Source: an uncultured delta proteobacterium (GTDB taxonomy: Bacteria > Desulfobacterota > Binatia > Binatales > Binataceae). From it: 64,000 nt of DNA. A model generated the notes under the pieces. It searched no databases, had not been told where the DNA came from, and saw nothing but the letters and a program-made list of their open reading frames with translations. The translations under genes and the position numbers were made by a program. The DNA lies in the NCBI GenBank assembly GCA_963808235.1, contig CAWEEQ010000004.1:2048001-2112000 (forward strand), read 5' to 3'. Shown here in pieces: positions 50,466-60,952 of the stretch; the first letter of the stretch is position 1; each line of letters begins with the position of its first letter.

Positions 50466-51317
50466 TTAGTCCTCAGCCTTCGACCGGCCAAGCCTATGCG
50501 CCGCGTCCGCAGGGCTTACGACCCACCGCTCGTGATCGTGCTCCTCCAGGTAGAACTCACGGCTCATCCAGCCGAAGATCATCGCCTTGGTGATCGGCTG
50601 TTTCTCCGGGCGCAGCCCAAAGTAGATGTGCACCATGATCAATGCGATCAGTCCTACTCCGGCCAGCCCGTGCAGCACATAGATCATGCCCCAGGTCATG
50701 TCGGTGAATAGATACGGGTTGCGGGCAAAGAAGATCGTGCGGACACGAAACATCATGAACACGCCGGTCAGGATTGCGGACAGGCCAGCCACGATGATCG
50801 CGCCATGATAGAGCTTGTTCTCCAGCGGGTACTTGGCGAACTTCCGCGGCAACGGCGCTGGCCGTCCCATGGAGCGCAGAACTCTGTGGTAGGCATCGGT
50901 CATGTCGATCCTGTCGGGCCAGATCGACCAGAAGTCGAGCCAGAACGACGCGTGAAAGATGTGAAAGAGGATCGACACGGTCAGCACGGTGCCTGCGATC
51001 CAATGGTAGGTAACCCAGTCAAACTGAACACCAAGCTTGGGAAGGAAGACGGTAAATAGCAGCGTCAACATCGAAGCCGCCATAATCCAGTGAAACATGC
51101 GCGCCACCTGCGAATGCCTGGGCACGCGGGCTGGTATCTCTGCCAGGAGCGGCGCCGGAGTCGCGAACTGCCTGGGCTTGGCGAAGTAGCGCAGATAGGT
51201 GGCATGAACTATGAAAAATGCCAGCCCCGCAATCACCGCGACCCATATCAGGAACCACGCGATGTGAATGGGAACCTTCAGCCCCCACGGATCGATAGCC
51301 CACTCTAGGAAGCCCAT
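50466..51317 (-). CDS. Cytochrome b subunit (formate dehydrogenase gamma/FdnI-like)
   Basis: Start ATG 51317 (GGAGG upstream); heme-ligand His in RMFHW, TYHW, VLHGL and MVHIY; KYP..NKLYH. Confidence 0.85.
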   Translation of the reverse strand: MGFLEWAIDPWGLKVPIHIAWFLIWVAVIAGLAFFIVHATYLRYFAKPRQFATPAPLLAEIPARVPRHSQVARMFHWIMAASMLTLLFTVFLPKLGVQFDWVTYHWIAGTVLTVSILFHIFHASFWLDFWSIWPDRIDMTDAYHRVLRSMGRPAPLPRKFAKYPLENKLYHGAIIVAGLSAILTGVFMMFRVRTIFFARNPYLFTDMTWGMIYVLHGLAGVGLIALIMVHIYFGLRPEKQPITKAMIFGWMSREFYLEEHDHERWVVSPADAAHRLGRSKAED

Positions 51318-52321
51318 GTCGCTTCCTCCACGCCGCCGATCGCGCGCTTTACCAGGTTTCTCATCAGCGGAATTTTGTAAGCATTGAACTGCAATGGGAC
51401 CGCGCCTTGCACCGCGAGTTTCCCGGCCATCTCGCCGGTAGCAGCGTTCGGCGACATGCCCCGCACTGCGTTTTCGACGCTCTTCAACCGGATCGGACGA
51501 GCGGCGGCGCCGTTCACCGCGATGCGCATTTGCCGGATCCTGCCGCCGGATATCATCGTGGCCGATGCGACGTTCAATAGCGGAAAGTCCCACACGTTCC
51601 GGTCGCGCACCTTTTCAAAATAAAATTTCGCACCAGCCCACGTGGACGGAATTCGAATAGCTGTCAGCAGGTCCCCGGGCTCCAGGATGTGTAACCGCGT
51701 GATGTCGATGTCAGGACCGATGAAGTAGTCCTCGGCGTCAACGACGCGTTCACCTTTGTAAGTGCCTATGACGAATTTTGCGTCGAGAGCGATCAGAGCC
51801 GGCGCTGTGTCGGAAGGATTCACCGCAACGCATCGATCCGCGTGCAGAATCGCGTGCTCGCGATTTCGACCCTCCGGGGTGTCGGCATAGCAGATGTTTC
51901 CGCCGGCGCGGTAGCAGGGCCATCCCGCGCGGTAGTACCAGCATCGAGCATCTTGCGACACGTTGCCGCCGATCGTGCCCTGATTGCGGATTTGCGGCGA
52001 CGCCACCAGCTCCGCGCTGTCCGCCAGCAGACTGTACTTCTCCCGGATGACGGGATGCTGCACAACTTCCGTCAGGGTAGTCATCGCGCCGATCTCGATC
52101 CCATCGCTGGTCGTGCGGATTCCTCTGAGTTCTTCGACTCCGCTCAGATCGATCACCGTCTTCGGTCTCTTGATGCGGTCCTTCAGCCAATCGAGGCTGT
52201 CGAGACCTCCAGCCAGCACCCAGGCGTCGCTTCCGTTCTGTTCGAGCAGCCTCTGTGCCTCTGCGATGGAGTTTGGCTGAAGCAGATCGAAGGCCGGCAT
52301 GACATCTCGAATTACAGCCAT
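51305..52321 (-). CDS. Xanthine dehydrogenase family FAD-binding subunit with Cys-rich [4Fe-4S] insertion (PaoB-like)
   Basis: Start ATG 52321; LAGGLD, IGAMTTL, ASPQIRNQGTIGGN, RCWYYR...CYRAGGNICY...C..NPSDTAPAL. Confidence 0.9.
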   Translation of the reverse strand: MAVIRDVMPAFDLLQPNSIAEAQRLLEQNGSDAWVLAGGLDSLDWLKDRIKRPKTVIDLSGVEELRGIRTTSDGIEIGAMTTLTEVVQHPVIREKYSLLADSAELVASPQIRNQGTIGGNVSQDARCWYYRAGWPCYRAGGNICYADTPEGRNREHAILHADRCVAVNPSDTAPALIALDAKFVIGTYKGERVVDAEDYFIGPDIDITRLHILEPGDLLTAIRIPSTWAGAKFYFEKVRDRNVWDFPLLNVASATMISGGRIRQMRIAVNGAAARPIRLKSVENAVRGMSPNAATGEMAGKLAVQGAVPLQFNAYKIPLMRNLVKRAIGGVEEATWAS

Positions 52322-52332
52322 AACTGTTTCCT

Positions 52333-54870
52333 CTAAATGTAAACCATCAACGGATGCTGCATCGGACGCCCGGCTTCGAGGGAAGTCAGGATGGTGTCGA
52401 GGTTGACCGGTGCGCGCCGGAAGATTTCGTCGCCGAGCGCATCCGACAGCGCGTTCAGGATCGAGGCGCATCCTCCGCCAACCGGCGGCTCGCCGATGCC
52501 ACGCGCGCCGACGGGAGTTTCGGGATCTGGAATGTCGAGTGCAGCCCACTGCATGTTGACCGGCACATCGAGAATCGTGGGCGGCTTGTTCTGGTAAAAG
52601 CGCGTCGAAAGCATCGCGCCGTAGTGAGGGTCGTACACCCACTTCTGACCGATCGCATGGCCCATCCCGAGAACCGAGCGGCCCAGCACCTGGCCGCCCA
52701 GCGCGCGCGGATGAATCACCGAGCCAACGTCGGCGTAGGCGAGAAAATCCACGATGTCATATTTGCCGGTCTCGACGTTGACCTCGACTTCGGCAAAGCT
52801 CGCGACATACGAAAACGTCTGGCCATCGCGCGGATAGTTGTCCTTGGCGGCGGCAACCAGGCCCTGGCCCGCCACTGCCGCGACCGACGCCTTGGTCAAT
52901 TTGTGCAGGTCAGGCGCAGCTTCGTGACCGTCGTAGATGCCGCCGAGTTGAATCGCGTGTTGAGCCGCCTGCGCCAGAGTCATGCCGCGGCCGTCGCCCT
53001 TGCGGTAGACGCGCTCGTCGGCGACCTCGTAGTCCTCGGGCCGGCCGCCTAGACTTTTCGCGCCGATCTCCTGCAGCTTCTTGCGGGCGTCCATCGCGGT
53101 TGCGTATGCCGCTCGAGTCATCGCGTGCGTTGTCTGGCTGCCACCCGAGACGCAGGTGAATGGAAGGTTGTTGGCAGTGTTGCCCCATACGACGTCGCAC
53201 TTTTCCCACGGCACACCGAGAACTTCCGCACCGGCACGATGCACGTCGATCACCGATTCAGTTCCCAGGTTCCCGATTCCGGACTGGAAGGTGACGCGGC
53301 CGTCCGGCTTTATGACCAGCAGCCCATCGAAGCCGATCGTGCCGCCGACGAAGCAACTGAGCGAGACGCCAACACCCCGCACCTTCGAGCCGATCCGCTT
53401 CGGAGTGCGCGCCACCCTCTCCTGCCATTTGAACTGTTGCGCGCCGCGATCGAGCGCATCTTTTATAAATGCGCTCGTTGCGTGCAGCCGCTCTCCATTC
53501 ACCGGTGCTCCAAACGGCGCCTTGCCTTCGGGACAGTTGATGCGCCGGATCGCGACCTGGTCCAAACCCAGCTTGCGCGCGGCTTTCGCGATGATCGGTT
53601 CGATAATCGTGATGCCCTGCAAGCCTCCCGGCGAACTTTGCGCGCTGCGCGGCGGAGTGTTCGTCAGGATCGTGGCGCCGCGCCATCGCATCGCTTGCGG
53701 CTGATACAGCAGCGAAACGATTCGGCCCGAAGTTGGGACATCGCCCTGCGCGTCGTAGGGGCCGTTGTTGGAAATAACGAACATGTCGAGCGCTACGATT
53801 CGTCCCTCTCGGGAGAACCCGGCTTTCATCCGGCCCATCAGGCTGGGCCGCGCGCGGCCGATGAAGGTTTCTTCCTCGCGGCTGATGCGCATCATCACCG
53901 GCGCGTTCGCTTTCTTCGAGAGCAGCGCAGGAATCACCAGCGACACTCCGGCCGTGACTTTGCTGCCGAAGCCGCCGCCGGTGTATTCGCTGATCAGCAC
54001 GACTTTGCCGCGGTCCATATTCAGCCATCTCGCGATGGCGGGAACGGTTTGCGCGGTGCTCTGCGTGCCCGTGTAAACGTAGACCTTCCCGTTGCGCCAG
54101 TAGGCCATCGCGCTACGCGTCTCGAGCGTCTGGTGGCTGGTGTCCGGCGTGACGAAGGTTTCGTCAAGGACGAGCGCGGCGCTCTTGAAGCCCGCGTCGA
54201 GGTCGCCGTACGACCATTGGTCGGGTGTCTTGCCCATCGGCAGTTGACCGTCGCTGGCGTCCGCGAAATCCTCCTCCGTCCACTTTAGTTCGCCGATAGA
54301 GGGCGGCGGACTTGGCGGCGCTCCCGGCGCGGGAGCTGGAGGAACGACCCAGATGTTGCCGTTCACTCTAGGATTGGGACCGCCCGGCCGCAGCGTTTCG
54401 AGCGGATCGATGACGAATGGAAGCGGCTCGAGATCGACATGAATCTTCTCGATCGCATCGGCCGCGGTCAGCTCGTCAACCGCAGCGACGGCGAGGATCG
54501 GCTCGCCCTGGTACACCGGCTCCATCGTGAGTGCGCGTTCGCTTTTCGGGTTGGCTTTGATCACCGTGCCGTTATCGGTAACGCTGTCGGCTGGCGGTGG
54601 GAGATCATCCGCGGTGAGAATTGCTCTCACCCCGGGCATCGCAAGCGCCTCGCGCGCGTCGATGTGCCTCACCCGCGCATGCGGCATCGGGCTGAGCAGC
54701 AGTTTGCAGAACAGCATGCCGTCGGCATGATAGTCCTCGGCATACTTCGCCTGTCCGGTGACTTTCGCGTACAGGTCGGGAGTCTCGTAATCCTTTCCGA
54801 TGAGCCTGCGCCCAACGCCGTACACGCGTTCAGGCGTCGGGGCGGGACTCGCGGCGTTTTTCTCAGACAT
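52333..54870 (-). CDS. Xanthine dehydrogenase family molybdopterin-binding subunit
   Basis: KVTGQAKYAED, SPMPHARV, HQTLE, GGGFGSK, SGGSQT, GARGIGEPP. Confidence 0.93.
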   Translation of the reverse strand: MSEKNAASPAPTPERVYGVGRRLIGKDYETPDLYAKVTGQAKYAEDYHADGMLFCKLLLSPMPHARVRHIDAREALAMPGVRAILTADDLPPPADSVTDNGTVIKANPKSERALTMEPVYQGEPILAVAAVDELTAADAIEKIHVDLEPLPFVIDPLETLRPGGPNPRVNGNIWVVPPAPAPGAPPSPPPSIGELKWTEEDFADASDGQLPMGKTPDQWSYGDLDAGFKSAALVLDETFVTPDTSHQTLETRSAMAYWRNGKVYVYTGTQSTAQTVPAIARWLNMDRGKVVLISEYTGGGFGSKVTAGVSLVIPALLSKKANAPVMMRISREEETFIGRARPSLMGRMKAGFSREGRIVALDMFVISNNGPYDAQGDVPTSGRIVSLLYQPQAMRWRGATILTNTPPRSAQSSPGGLQGITIIEPIIAKAARKLGLDQVAIRRINCPEGKAPFGAPVNGERLHATSAFIKDALDRGAQQFKWQERVARTPKRIGSKVRGVGVSLSCFVGGTIGFDGLLVIKPDGRVTFQSGIGNLGTESVIDVHRAGAEVLGVPWEKCDVVWGNTANNLPFTCVSGGSQTTHAMTRAAYATAMDARKKLQEIGAKSLGGRPEDYEVADERVYRKGDGRGMTLAQAAQHAIQLGGIYDGHEAAPDLHKLTKASVAAVAGQGLVAAAKDNYPRDGQTFSYVASFAEVEVNVETGKYDIVDFLAYADVGSVIHPRALGGQVLGRSVLGMGHAIGQKWVYDPHYGAMLSTRFYQNKPPTILDVPVNMQWAALDIPDPETPVGARGIGEPPVGGGCASILNALSDALGDEIFRRAPVNLDTILTSLEAGRPMQHPLMVYI

Positions 54871-55504
54871 GGCTGGTCTTCCTCATATTTTCTGCCCCGC
54901 GCATCAGCGCGGTGAGGATCTTGTCGTAGTCCTGGCATCGGCACAGGTTTCCCGAGACGCCGTTGGCCAGCTCCGCCCGAGTCGGGTTGGGATTCGATTT
55001 GAGAAATGCCACCGATGACATAATGAAGCCGGGCATGCAGAACGCGCACTGGAACCCTTGTTCGTCGACAACGCCCTGCTGGATCGGATGCAGTTTTCCG
55101 TCGGCGCCAGCCATTCCTTCGATCGTCAGAACCTTTCGGGTGCGCACTGTGTGCGTGAGTACCGAGCACGCATAGTGAGGCACGTCGTCAATCAGCACGG
55201 TGCACGAGCCGCATTCGGCCCGGTCGCAGCCCAATTTTGTGCCGGTGAGGCCAAGCTTGTGACGCAACGTCCAGGCGAGCGTCTCCTGCTTCATGACGTC
55301 GGCGCGCCGCAGCTGGCCATTGACGTTGATCGTGACAAGGCGCCCGCCTACGCCGCCGGATTGAGCCAGCAGCGTGGACGCGCGAAATAGATAGCCCGCC
55401 GAGGAGACGGCTGCGCCGCCGACGATCACTCCTTTGATGAAGTCGCGTCTTGAGATCGCGCCCGGCGTGCTAGCGATAATTTTTGGATCCGCAACGTCGC
55501 TCAT
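54863..55504 (-). CDS. Xanthine dehydrogenase family [2Fe-2S] subunit with Tat signal
   Basis: ISRRDFIK twin-arginine leader; GCDRAECGSCTV, QCAFCMPG, GNLCRC. Confidence 0.93.
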   Translation of the reverse strand: MSDVADPKIIASTPGAISRRDFIKGVIVGGAAVSSAGYLFRASTLLAQSGGVGGRLVTINVNGQLRRADVMKQETLAWTLRHKLGLTGTKLGCDRAECGSCTVLIDDVPHYACSVLTHTVRTRKVLTIEGMAGADGKLHPIQQGVVDEQGFQCAFCMPGFIMSSVAFLKSNPNPTRAELANGVSGNLCRCQDYDKILTALMRGAENMRKTSHV

Positions 55505-55687
55505 CCGAGAAGTACCTCCTGCGGCACGGAGGAAGTGAAAAGCCCTATTTCATCCATATCCCATCTGGAAATTTGGATCGAATCGGTCGTGTCTCAGCAC
55601 GACCTCACCGCTACAGGCGTGAAAAGTGGCCGCACAAAAGGTGCGCGCCTTCCCCTTTCACATTTCGATGTTTGATCGGCTCTCTTC

Positions 55688-58600
55688 CTACCGATGCGAG
55701 CGTGCGACCGCAGGTCTGTTTCCGCTGACGGCGTGCACGGGCACGCTTCTGACCGGGGTCTCCGCAGGCTCAGGACGATGGTCAGTCAAGTAGCGGATCG
55801 CCGTATAGAACACAGGGGTCAGGAACACTCCGAAGAACGTCACGCCGATCATGCCGAAGAACACAACTGTGCCGAGCGCCTGTCTCATCTCGGCGCCCGC
55901 GCCGGTGGCGATGATCAGCGGGATCACGCCGAAGATGAACGCGAAGCTCGTCATCAGGATCGGGCGCAGGCGCAGACGGGCGGCTTTGATGGCGGCGTCT
56001 GCCGCTGTCATCTCGCGATGGTGCTCCTGCTGTTGCTTGGCGAACTCGACGATCAGCACCGCGTTCTTCACACTCATCCCCGCCAGCACCACGAAACCGA
56101 TCTGGGTGAAAATGTTGTTGTCCATATGCCGGGCCCAGACTGCGGTGATGCCGCACAGTAGGCACATCGGCACGATCAGGATGATCGCGGTCGAGAGTGC
56201 GAAGCTTTCGTACTCCGCCGAATGCGTCAGCCACACGAACAGGATGCAGAGCGGGAAGACAAGGAACGCCAGGCCGCTGGCCGCCTTCTCCTGGAAGGCC
56301 AAATTCGTCCACTCGTAGTTGTATTGCCGGGGAAGCTGCGCGTCGGCGACCTCCTCCATCGCGGCGATGGCCTGGCCGCTGCTGTAGCCCGGTGCGTTAG
56401 CGCCGATGATGTCGGCTGAACCGTATAGATCGTATCGCTGGATCCGGTCCGGGCCGACTATGTCCTTCAGCTCGGAGATCGCGCCCAACGGGACCATCTG
56501 GCCCGCGGCGTTGCGCGTCTTGAGCTGGGCCACCTGTGCGACGGTGGCGCGGAACGGCGCGTCGGCCTGCGCCATCACGTGCCACGTGCGACCGAGATAG
56601 TTGAAGTCGTTGATGTAGAACCCGCCGAGGTACACTTGCAGCGCCTGGAAAACGTCCGTGACCTGCACGTTCTGATCCTTGGCTTTGACGCGATCCACGT
56701 TGACGTAAATCTGCGGCACGCTGGCGCGGAAGGTGGAGAACAATTTGCTCAACTCGGGGCGACTGCGGGCGGCATCGATCAGGTGTTGAGTCGCCGCCTG
56801 GAGCTGCTGGGGCGTAGCGTTGCCCGAACGATCTTCAACCTGCATGGTGAAGCCGCCGGCATTTCCAATCCCAGTGACTGCCGGCGGCATCAGCACTACA
56901 GCCTGGCCACCTTCCACCTCGCTAAATTGTTGCCTGAGCCTCTTCGCGATGGCGTCCGCCGTCATATCGGTCTTGCCGGCGCGTTCGGCGAACGGCGTCA
57001 AATGAACGAACAAAAGGCCTGCTGCGGATGAGTTGGCGCCAGTCAGGATGGAGAAACCAGAAACCGCGAACGCGTCCCGAATCCCTTTGGTCTTGAACGC
57101 CAGGTTCGCCAGTTGCGTCATCACCGCGTCGGTCCGCTCGATCGACGATGCGTCGGGCATCTGAACGTTCCCGATGAGATATCCCTGGTCCTGGGTCGGA
57201 ATAAATCCGGTCGGCACTATTCTGAACATGCCGTACGCCAGATAAACCAATCCCACGTAAACAATCAGCGTGATAATCCCGTAACGGACCACGTAATGCA
57301 GCGACTTGATGTACCACTGGTTGGTCAGCTCGAAGCCCTTGTTGAACAGCCGAAAAAACCAGCCGAGCGCGGAGTCGAGCGCCGTCGTCAGCCAGTCCTG
57401 TTTCGCGTCATGGGGCCTGAGCAGCAGCGCCGACAGAGCGGGACTGAGTGTCAGCGAGACGAAAGCCGAGAGCAAGGTCGAGAATGCGATCGTCAGCGCG
57501 AACTGCTGATAGAACCGGCCGGTGATACCTGGAATGAAGGCGACCGGAATGAATACGGCGGAGAGGCCGAACGCGATGGCGATGACGGCCGGCGTGACCT
57601 CGTCCATCGCCTTGAACGCCGCATCGCGCGGGCTTTCGCCCTCGTCGAGCCATCGCTGTACGTTCTCGACCACGACGATCGCGTCGTCTACTACGATTCC
57701 AATTGCGAGCACCAGTCCGAACAGCGTCAGCATGTTCAGCGAGAATCCAACCAGCCACATGGCCGCGAAGGTACCGACCAGCGACACCGGGATAGCCAGG
57801 ATCGGCACCAGCGAAGCCCGCCAGCTCTGCAGAAACACCAGCACCACCAGCGCCACCAAGCTGATGGCTATAAGCAACGTATGGATCAGGTCCGTGATGC
57901 TTTCACGAACGAAGGGCGTAGTGTCGTGTGCGACGGCGTAATCCACGCCGGGAGGAAAGTGCTTCTTGAGCTCCTTCATCTTGGCGTAGATCACGTTGGC
58001 GGTGTCGATTGCGTTGGTGCCCGGTAGCTGGAAAACGGCCAGCGCGACGGATGGGTGCCCGTTGTAATCAACGGTGGTGCCGTAATCGGCGGCGCCCAGC
58101 TCGACGCGGCCTATTTCCTTCAATCGCGTGATGCGCCCGTCGGCGCCGACCTTGACGACAATGTCGCCGAACTCAGATGGATCGGTGAGCCGGCCCTGCG
58201 CATTCAATGTGTACTGAAAAGCGGAGCTCTCCTTGGGCAGCGGCGGCCCGCCGACAATTCCGGCCGCCACCTGGATATTCTGCTCTCGCACTGCGTTGAC
58301 GACGTCGCCCGCGGTCATGTTTCGCGCCGCCATCTCGTCGGGATTGAGCCACAGCCGCATCGAATAGTCGCGCACGCCGAAGAGATTGATGTCGCCGACG
58401 CCGGGCAGCCGGGCGATCACATCCTTCACTTGCAGGGTCACGTAGTTGCTCAGGAACAGTGCGTCGTGCGACCCGTCCGGCGAGAAGAACGCGATCGCAA
58501 GGGTTATGTCCGGCGACGCCTTCTTGACGATGATCCCCTCCAGCTGCACCTCTGGCGGAAGCTGCGGCTGGGCGATCGCCACCCGGTTCTGCACTTGCAC

Positions 58601-58918
58601 CTGCGCCACATCGAGGTTCGTGCCGACCTTGAAGGTCACCGTCAGGTTCAGGTTGCCGGTGTTGGTCGACTGGCTGGACATATAGAGCATGTTCTCCACG
58701 CCGTTGATCTGTTCTTCGATCGGCGTGGCGACAGTCCTCGCGACGGTTTCGGCATTGGCGCCCGGGTAGGTAGCGCTGACGGTGACGGTCGGCGGCGCAA
58801 TCTGAGGGTATTGCGCGATCGGCAGCGTGAACATCGCGATCGAGCCGGCGATGATCGCGACGATCGATAGAACGATCGCGAACACCGGACGGTCGATAAA
58901 GAAATGTGCGATCTTCAC
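55688..58918 (-). CDS. Multidrug efflux RND transporter permease (HAE1, MexF-like)
   Basis: FFIDRPVFA, LPIAQYPQIAPP, GIVVDDAIVVVEN, KNAVLIVEFA, RLRPILMTS. Confidence 0.95.
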   Translation of the reverse strand: MKIAHFFIDRPVFAIVLSIVAIIAGSIAMFTLPIAQYPQIAPPTVTVSATYPGANAETVARTVATPIEEQINGVENMLYMSSQSTNTGNLNLTVTFKVGTNLDVAQVQVQNRVAIAQPQLPPEVQLEGIIVKKASPDITLAIAFFSPDGSHDALFLSNYVTLQVKDVIARLPGVGDINLFGVRDYSMRLWLNPDEMAARNMTAGDVVNAVREQNIQVAAGIVGGPPLPKESSAFQYTLNAQGRLTDPSEFGDIVVKVGADGRITRLKEIGRVELGAADYGTTVDYNGHPSVALAVFQLPGTNAIDTANVIYAKMKELKKHFPPGVDYAVAHDTTPFVRESITDLIHTLLIAISLVALVVLVFLQSWRASLVPILAIPVSLVGTFAAMWLVGFSLNMLTLFGLVLAIGIVVDDAIVVVENVQRWLDEGESPRDAAFKAMDEVTPAVIAIAFGLSAVFIPVAFIPGITGRFYQQFALTIAFSTLLSAFVSLTLSPALSALLLRPHDAKQDWLTTALDSALGWFFRLFNKGFELTNQWYIKSLHYVVRYGIITLIVYVGLVYLAYGMFRIVPTGFIPTQDQGYLIGNVQMPDASSIERTDAVMTQLANLAFKTKGIRDAFAVSGFSILTGANSSAAGLLFVHLTPFAERAGKTDMTADAIAKRLRQQFSEVEGGQAVVLMPPAVTGIGNAGGFTMQVEDRSGNATPQQLQAATQHLIDAARSRPELSKLFSTFRASVPQIYVNVDRVKAKDQNVQVTDVFQALQVYLGGFYINDFNYLGRTWHVMAQADAPFRATVAQVAQLKTRNAAGQMVPLGAISELKDIVGPDRIQRYDLYGSADIIGANAPGYSSGQAIAAMEEVADAQLPRQYNYEWTNLAFQEKAASGLAFLVFPLCILFVWLTHSAEYESFALSTAIILIVPMCLLCGITAVWARHMDNNIFTQIGFVVLAGMSVKNAVLIVEFAKQQQEHHREMTAADAAIKAARLRLRPILMTSFAFIFGVIPLIIATGAGAEMRQALGTVVFFGMIGVTFFGVFLTPVFYTAIRYLTDHRPEPAETPVRSVPVHAVSGNRPAVARSHR

Positions 58919-60183
58919 TGGCGCGCCTTCGCGGAAGATTGGGAATCCGACCGATAAGCAGTCCGCATCTCGGACGGCGTCTGCGTACTCGGCGGCTCGG
59001 CCGCGATGCTCTCCAGTGCGTCCAGCGACTGGGTAGGAACCGGCACCTCGTGCGGAATGATCTTCGCACCGGATTGCGCGAACTGCATTCCGTTGACAAT
59101 CACCCTCTCATCCGGCTTGAGGCCGTCAGTAACTGATCGCAGAGTGCCGAACAGCGCGCCCAACTTCACCGGCCGCTGCTGCACGACGTTGTTGCTTCCG
59201 ACGATCAGAAGGTAGCGCTCGTCCTGGTCGGTGTTCACCGCCGCATCGGGAATCAGCAGCGCGTTGTAACGGCCGCTGGCCGGGATTCGCGTCAGGGCGA
59301 AGAGCCCCGGCGTCAGGATAGTCGTCGGGTTGCCGAACACACAGCGGATCTGCTGCGTTCCGGTATTCACGTCCACCTGGTTGTCGACGAAGTCGATCAC
59401 ACCCTGATGCGGAAAGTTCGTCTCGTTCTCCAGTTGCAGCGAGCACGCAACGTTTGCCCCCGCAACAGTGTCCTTCTTGTTCTTCAGCGCCAGCTCCTGG
59501 TAACGCAGCGCCGCGCTTTCGGGAACGTTGATGTAAGCGTAGAGCGGATCGATCGAGACGATCGTGGTCAGCGCCGTCGCCTGTCCGGAACCGCCGTTAA
59601 CGAGGTTACCCACCGTCACATTCATTCGACTCACCCGGCCAGTGATCGGCGCCCTCACGTCGGTCCACTCCAGATTGAGGCGTGAGGTCTCGAGCGCTGC
59701 CTCGGCCGCCTTCAGCGACGCGTCCGCCTCCCCGTATGACGCTTTGGTATTGTCGTAATCCGCTCGCGCGATCACTTGAGCCTTAAGCAGCTCGCTGAAG
59801 CGCCCGAAGTCAGCCTTCGTTTTCTCCTCCATCGCTTTCGCCTGGGCGACCGCGGCTTTCTTGTTGTCGAGGTCGGCCTGGAACGGGCGCTGGTCGATCC
59901 TGAACAGCAGGTCGCCCGCGTGCACGATTGCGCCCTCCTGGAAAGGCGCCTCTTCGATAAGTCCGCTGACTCGTGCATCAACGGTCACGGTTTTAGGAGA
60001 CGAGAGATATCCGCTGTATTGATCCCAACGGATCACATCGCGCTGAAGCGGTCGGCTGACTGTGACCGTCGCCGGTGGCGGCGCCTGTGGCGCAACCACT
60101 CGCTTGCAGCCCGCAACGAGTACCAATACCAATGCAACCAGCGCCATTGCCCATTGAGAACAGCGCAACTGAATGCGATTCAT
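58915..60183 (-). CDS. RND efflux periplasmic adaptor (MFP) lipoprotein
   Basis: Start ATG 60183; lipobox VAGC; ARVSG, DQRPFQA, VRAPITGRVSR, IDFVDNQVD..TGT. Confidence 0.92.
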   Translation of the reverse strand: MNRIQLRCSQWAMALVALVLVLVAGCKRVVAPQAPPPATVTVSRPLQRDVIRWDQYSGYLSSPKTVTVDARVSGLIEEAPFQEGAIVHAGDLLFRIDQRPFQADLDNKKAAVAQAKAMEEKTKADFGRFSELLKAQVIARADYDNTKASYGEADASLKAAEAALETSRLNLEWTDVRAPITGRVSRMNVTVGNLVNGGSGQATALTTIVSIDPLYAYINVPESAALRYQELALKNKKDTVAGANVACSLQLENETNFPHQGVIDFVDNQVDVNTGTQQIRCVFGNPTTILTPGLFALTRIPASGRYNALLIPDAAVNTDQDERYLLIVGSNNVVQQRPVKLGALFGTLRSVTDGLKPDERVIVNGMQFAQSGAKIIPHEVPVPTQSLDALESIAAEPPSTQTPSEMRTAYRSDSQSSAKARQ

Positions 60184-60215
60184 AAAACTACCTTCGATCG
60201 CTGATGCGCGTGAAG

Positions 60216-60893
60216 TTACGATCCTTGATGCCGACCGCCGCCGGCTGCCGCATGTGAGGGAGAATGTTTCCCGGCCTTCGCCGTTCCATTTGTCACTGCA
60301 CAAGCGAAGAGCCGCGACCCTATCCATTCCAGGCAGGCGCTCCATTTCCGCCGGAACTCGGGATCAAGCGGGTCCATGCCGGTAACCAGCGAGGTGACTT
60401 GAGGCAGCGCCAGGGGAAACGCGCGCAACGCCGCGCTGACCAGCGGCAACATCTCTTCGTCAGCGTCGGGAGGTAAAACTCCGCTGGCCTTTGCTCGCCG
60501 CCAACGGGCAACCTCAGCCTGGAAGTGGGCTCGCCTCTCCTCTTCCGCAACCAGCTTGCGGTTATTTTTGTCGAGAGCCTCCCACTGCCACATCCGGAGC
60601 GCGTCGACATCTTCGCAACAGGCTGCGAACCCGCTGACCAGGCTGCTGGTGAGTTCCTGGTCCGGCGTCGATTCGATGATCGCCGTTTTGGCCGACAGCT
60701 TTTGCGCGAGCACGGCCCGATAAAGGCCCTCTTTGGAATCGAAGCAATAGAAGATCATCCGCTCGTTGACGCGCGCGCGCCGTGCGATCGCGTCAGTACG
60801 CGCGCCGGCAAATCCGTTCGCCGCGAACTCTTTTTGAGCCGCCGCCATGATCCGCTCCTGGGTGCGATTCAGATCGCGCTGCTGCTGTGCCAT
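60216..60893 (-). CDS. TetR/AcrR family transcriptional regulator
   Basis: Start ATG 60893; ERIMAAAQKEFAANGFAGARTDAIARRARVNERMIFYCFDSKEGLY helix-turn-helix. Confidence 0.92.
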   Translation of the reverse strand: MAQQQRDLNRTQERIMAAAQKEFAANGFAGARTDAIARRARVNERMIFYCFDSKEGLYRAVLAQKLSAKTAIIESTPDQELTSSLVSGFAACCEDVDALRMWQWEALDKNNRKLVAEEERRAHFQAEVARWRRAKASGVLPPDADEEMLPLVSAALRAFPLALPQVTSLVTGMDPLDPEFRRKWSACLEWIGSRLFACAVTNGTAKAGKHSPSHAAAGGGRHQGS

Positions 60894-60920
60894 TGGTCGT
60901 TCTGTTCCTCTCTGATGTGG

Positions 60921-60941
60921 ATGCTTAATTGTATTAAGCAT
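60921..60941. promoter_or_regulatory. Perfect inverted repeat, candidate TetR operator
   Basis: ATGCTTAAT-TGT-ATTAAGCAT, AT-rich, just under 30 nt upstream of the TetR start. Confidence 0.7.
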
Positions 60942-60952
60942 ACACTTAACGA

